In this document: positions 32,201 to 38,200 of the stretch, piece by piece
Layout: each line of letters starts with the position of its first letter
Position numbering within the stretch: the stretch's first letter is position 1
Assembly: GCA_002068325.1 (NCBI GenBank)
Contig: MVZH01000001.1
Coordinates: 1 to 60,335 of the forward strand
Origin: Lentisphaerae bacterium ADurb.BinA184
GTDB taxonomy: Bacteria; Verrucomicrobiota; Lentisphaeria; Oligosphaerales; MVZH01
Length of the DNA: 60,335 nt
Reading direction: 5' to 3'
Translations under genes and position numbers: made by a program
Notes under the pieces: generated by a model
What the model was told of the DNA's origin: nothing
Seen by the model: the letters and a program-made list of their open reading frames with translations, nothing else
The model's database searches: none

Positions 32201-35200
32201 GCCGGCCCCAACGCCCACGGGCTGTCGTCGCAGCAGAGTTTCCTGCGCCTGCTCGCCCCCGGCGTCGGGACGATTGCGCCCAACGTGCCCGAGTTCATCT
32301 GGGATCTCGGCGGACGGGTGGCGGCCAGCACGCTCTACGTCAGCGTCTACCCGGGCGGGCAGGGGTTGTTCCCCGACGATGTTGACCCGGCGCACGAGCA
32401 TCGCATCTACGAGTATACGGTGGCGGCCGGGGAGGCGACGCGCGTGACGCTGCCGGACGACCTGCCGCTGACGCGCGGCCAGCGCTACTGGTGGGGCATC
32501 GAGGTGCGGCTGGGCGACGGTACGGTTCACCGCAAGTGGCAGTGGTTCGAGGTGGCGCCGGCGACGGTCAGCGGCCGCTACTCGAGCGTGACCGTGATCA
32601 CGCACGACTTTGCCTTCTCGCTCGGCGACCAGCTCCCCGAGTGGGTCGGCGACCTGGCGAAGACCGTCGCGCAGGCCGGCGGCGGCGGCTCGATCATGAT
32701 CTACGACCGCGACAGCGGCGAGTTCCGCGTCGCCAACCGCGTCGTGCCCGAGTCCGGCAAGCCGGTGATCCTGCTGCCCAACTGGATCAAGGAGTCCGAC
32801 ATCACCGACTCCGGGTTTGCGGAGGCCGCGGCCGATGCCTTCTTCGCCGCCATGGTCCGGCTCGACCAGCAGCTTGGCGGCGAGCTGCTGAGTGCGCCGC
32901 TGCACTTCGTCGGGCACGGGCGCGGGGCGGTGGTGAACAGCGAGATCGTCCAGCGCCTCGGCGTGTACTTCGATGGCGTCGGCGACATCCACATGACCAC
33001 GCTCGATCCGCACGACTTCGAGCAGAAGGCGCTCAACCTGCCGGTCGGCGAGGCGATCCAGCTTCTCGAAGACATCGCCGGGATGCTCGCCGGCGGCCCG
33101 GCCGGCGGCCTGGCGGTCAAGATCAGGCGCGGCCTCGCCAGCCTGGTTGGGGACACCAAGCTGCTCTCGCGGATACTCGGCGTCGCCCTCGACACAATCA
33201 AGTGGGGCGACTTCAAGGATCCGCGGGTGCAGACGTGGAGCAACGTCGGGTTCCACGACAACTACTACCAGACGCTCGGCGCCCAGGAGCAGCCCTCCCA
33301 AGTCGAGTTCACCCTCACCCACAACGGCCGCCCGATCGCCTCGGCCGACTTCGATCTCGAACTCAACGGGCTGGCCGGCTTCTACAGCGACCTGCTGTCG
33401 TTGCAGTTGCCGGTGCCGGCCGTGCTGGCCGAGCTGCTCGACATCAACCCCGTGTTCGTCAACTTCGGGATCAACGCCCCGCACGAGCGGGTCTGGCGCT
33501 ACTACGCCGGCACCGCCGGGTTGAACCTGGCCGAGTTCGAGGTGACCGGCGACGACGGGCAGGTGCTGCTGCGCCGCGCCGCCGACGTCTACGACGCGGA
33601 GACCGGCGAGCCGCTGGCCATGTTCGAAGAGTTCACCGACGACGACGCCTGGTACGTGCCGCCCGAGATGGACGCCATCCTCCCGTCCACCCCGTGGGAG
33701 GGCATCGGCCTGGGCTGGGCGTGGTCGGTGCTGGGCGGGGTCACCGAACGGCGCCCCGCGGGGGCGACGGCACCGCGCGTCGAGGTTGACGACGCAGAGG
33801 CGGGCCCCGTGGCCAGCGTCTTCAACGGCGACTTCAGCGCCGGCACCGAGAATCTGCGCTCGCGCTTCCCGTTCGCCCACGAGATGCCCGGCTGGGCCTT
33901 GCATGGCGGGCGCGGGCTGGTGCTGGACTTCGGCCTCGCCACGGTTGACATCACCGACCTGTTCGTGTGGAATCTCGATCCCAAGGGCCTGCTCAGCAAG
34001 GTCATGTCCGCCGAGGACACGGCGGCCACGGTGTGGATGTGGGACAACCTCTGGCAGCCGCTCACCGAGGCGATCCTCGACGAAGTGCTGGCCAGCGGAC
34101 TGGACGCCATCCCCGCCGAGTGGCGCGGCGGCGCCGAGTACCTGATGAGCCTGCTCGGCGGCGAAGGGGTCACGGCGGAGGAGATGGTGCGCGCGGCCCG
34201 CGAGGCCATCGCCGACAACTGGTGGCACGACAGCCAGGCGCTGTTCATGGGCGGCGAGGCCCTCACCGACCGCCTCTACACGCAGTGGGATCAGCTCCCC
34301 GACTACTTCTGGCTCAGCGGCGCCTGCCCCGAGCTGCTCAACGCCCTCAGCACCCTTGATCTCATGGACCGGCTGACGGACTTCAACGCGATCACCCACA
34401 ACCGCCTCTACATCCCGCCCGACGCCCACTGCCTGAAGTTCGACGTCTACGCGCCGCTGCTGGTGTCGCCTGACGTGACCATCGAAGTCCTGTTCCAGAG
34501 CGACGACGTGGCGCCGATGGCGGAACCGCTCTCGGTCAGCCTGCAGTTCAGCCTGTTCAACGCGCGCACCTACAGCGTGCCGGTGCCGGCCGAGTTCCGC
34601 GGCAAGGTGGGCACCTTCACCCTCCGCGTGCAGGGTCTCGACGAGCCGATCCCGGACTTCCTCGCCGGCAAAATCCTCGGCGACACCGTGAGCCAGATGT
34701 TCTTCCTCGACAACATCGCGTTCACCGACACCTGCCCGCCGCCGGGAGACGAGATCAATGAGGCGCCGCGCCTGCGCGCCGACCCCATGACGGCGCACGA
34801 GAACCAGACCGCGAGCTTCGTCTTCTCGTTCACCGACCCCGACGCCCAGCATTGGACGTGGAGTGTGGACTTCGGCGACGGCACGCCGCCGGTCTCCGGA
34901 ACCGCCGACGCCCCCGGCACGGTCACGGTGCCGCACGTCTTTGCCGACGACAGCCCGACCGGGCGCTTCACCGCGGTCGTGACCCTCAGCGACGGGGTCT
35001 CGGAGACCTCGGCCAGCGTCGAGAACACCGTGCTCAACGTGGCCCCGACCCTCGATCCGGTCGCCGAGATCGTCCTCGATGAAGGCGAGACGCTCACCCT
35101 CGGCGGCGACACCGCCTGGCACTTCACCGATCCCGGCTTCGGCCCGCTGGAGGCCTGGACGTGGAGCATCGCGTGGGGCGACGGCACGACCGACGGCGGC

Positions 35201-38200
35201 GCAGTCACCGACACCCAGCCCGGCGCCGCCGGCCTGGACTCCGACGGCTGGATCGGCGCCAGCCACACCTACGGCGACAACCGCGCCGCCGGCGAACCCT
35301 ACACGGCCCAGCTGACCGTCACCGACGACGACGGCGGCCGCGCCACGGTCGCGATCACCATCCGCGTCGCCAACGTCGAACCCACCCTCCGCCCCACCGC
35401 CAACCTGACGGTCAACGAGGGCGCGGTGCTGACCATGCCCGACATCGCGTTCGAGGATCCCGGTTTCGCCAGCACCGAGACTTGGTCCTACACGATCGCC
35501 TGGGGCGACGGGACGACCGCCGAAGGCGCGGTGCTCGACTGCCTGCGCGGCCGGGCCGGCACGCCGTCGCTGGGCCGCTTCGCCGGCGACCTCGGCAAGG
35601 TCTATGCCGACGACGGTAACTACGTGGTTGACGTCACCGTGAGCGACCACGACGGCGGCGAAGCCACCGCGCAGTTCACGGTGACGGTGCGCAACGTCGC
35701 CCCCGACCTCACCGTGCCGGCCGACACGCTCACGGTCGCGAAATGCACCTACCTCGACTTGGCCGGGATGCTGACCTTCGACGATCCCGGCTTCGGCGAC
35801 AGCGAGACCTTTACCTTCTCGGTCGAGTGGGGTGACGGCACGGCGCCCGCATCCGGCGACGTCACCGACCTGACCCCCGGCGCCCCGCACGTCAAGACCC
35901 ACGGCCGGCTGAACCTGCGACACGCCTGGACAGCCTCACGGCCGGCGGGCGAATTCTACACGGTGACGGTGACCGTGACCGACGACGACGGCGACACGGA
36001 CACGGGCGTCTTCCAGGTTGAAGTCAGGAACGTCCCGCCGGTGCTGGCGCTGCTGCCGGATCTGCTCGCCGCCACCGCCGGTATGCCGTTCAGCGTGGTG
36101 GATTTCGGCCGCTTCACCGACAGCGCCTGCGAGCCGGCCCTTACCGCCACCATTGACTGGGGCGACGGCAGCGTCTCGGGGCCGTTCGCCGCGACGGTCG
36201 ACTGGCGCGGCGGAGTCGGCGAGGGCCTCCGGGGCACGTTTGATGGAACCCACACCTACGCCGCCGAAGGCCTCTACACGGTTGCGGTCACCCTCAGCGA
36301 CGGCGAGGCGACGGTCACACAGCACGCCTTGGCGGCAGTCTCGGGCACGGCGATCACCGCCCCCGTGATGTTGGGGTACAGCCCGGTTCTCGACTTGGCC
36401 TGCGACCCGCTGTCCGGCACGCTCTTCGCCGTGACCTCGATGCAGATCCTGCGGCTCGATGCCGGCGACGGCACCACCGTCGAACCGCTCGCGCCTCTGC
36501 CCGACGGACTTGCGGAGTTCGCAGGTCTGGCGTGGATTGACGGCGCGCTCTCGCTCGGCGGCACGCCGGTGCCGTCGGGCAGTCTGCTCCTGGGCACGGG
36601 CGGCAAGGTCTATGCGCTCGAACCGTCCCGCGGCGCCGAGATTGCCCGCGTCGCTCTCGCCGCGCCGGCCAGCCCGGCCGGGATCGCCGTGATGGGCGGC
36701 ACGCTCATGGTGCTGGGCAGCGACGGCGATGTCTACCGGGTTGATCCTGAAGACGGCCATGTCGTCGCCCGCTTCACCCCCGCCGGCGCGCGGGCCGGGG
36801 AAGGCGACGTGGCCGTCGCCCCGGACAGCGGCGGTCTGCTCATCGTCTCCGAGGCCGGCGGCGAGCTGCGCCGCGTGGATCCCGCGGACGGCACGATTGC
36901 CGGCGAGTATGCCCTCACCCTGTTCGGACTGCCCGCCAACCCCACGGGGATCGCCTTCGCGGCGGCGCCCCGCCTCGTCTTCGTGGACCGCAGCGGCGCG
37001 GTGCGCAGCCTGACTCTCGCCGCCGAGGACGGTCCGTCAGGCCGCACCACCGTGGTCTCGCCATTCTTGGCGGGAGCTATGCAGAGCACAGACGCAGACC
37101 TCTCTTCAAGAACCACCCTCGTCAACGGCGACTTCGCGGTTGCGGACCCCGCAAATCCGGCCTTCGGCTGGATGACGCGCGGCAGCGTGGCCGTCGAGGC
37201 CGGCGCCGCCGTGCTGACCGAGGACGCCCAGTTCCACTCGCAGCTTGCGCAGACGTTTGTGCTGCCGGGCGGCCCCGTCGGCCTGCGATTCACCGTCACA
37301 CTCCGCCAGCTCGGCGGTGCCGTGGACACCCGCGCCGGCGACGCCTTCGAAGTGGCGCTGCTGACCACCGATGGCCTGCTGCCTCTTGCCGGTACGGCCG
37401 CCGGGCTCACGCTCTGCGACGCCCTGATCAACGTGCAGCCCGACGGGCGCCTGTTCTTCGCCCCGCGGGTGACGATCCCCGGACTCGACGCGTCAGGGGG
37501 AACGCTGGGCCGCGAGACGGCGTTCACCGCCACCGTCCGCCTCGACGGGCTGCCGGCCGGCGTCGCCGTCACGGTCTTCTTCGACCTGCTGGGCTTCGGC
37601 GCGGAGGAGGCCGAGGTGGCCGTCACGGACGTGGCCGTGATCCCGCTGGACGACATCTTCGGCCCGGTGGTGACCGACGTGATCGTCAACGGCGGCGCCG
37701 GCCAACGCTCGATGGTGAGCCGCCTCGACATCGTGTTCAGCGAGGACGTCGGTCAGACGCTCTCGGCCTCCGACATCCTCCTGACCCGCATCGAGACCGG
37801 CGTCGCGCTGCCCGCCGCCGACCTCGCCTTCGTGTACGACGCCGCCATACACACGGCGACCTGCACCTTCCCCAGCCTGCTCGCCGGCAGCCTCGACGAC
37901 GGCACCTTCCGCCTCGAACTCAAGGCCGCCGACATCACCGACACCCTCGGCAATCCCCTCGACGGCAACGGCGACGGCTGGAACGGCGACGACTACGCCT
38001 CCGACCTCTTCCGCTTCTTCGGCGACGGCGACGGCGACCACGATGTTGATGTCCGCGACGCCACCGCCCTCGCCCCCGCGAACCTCGCAACCGCCGCCAG
38101 CCAGAACTACGACCCGCGCTTTGACTACGACGGCGACGGCGACGTGGATTTCCTCGACCTCCGCCGCTTCCACACCAACTACAACGCCAGCCGCACTCGG

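Noticed and set aside
29294-35923. 2,209-aa stop-free minus-strand ORF, the second longest ORF in the window.
   Set aside because: The reasoning is the same. It mirrors the giant gene frame, has a low-complexity Arg/Gly/Ala/Val composition and carries no recognisable motif, start context or RBS.
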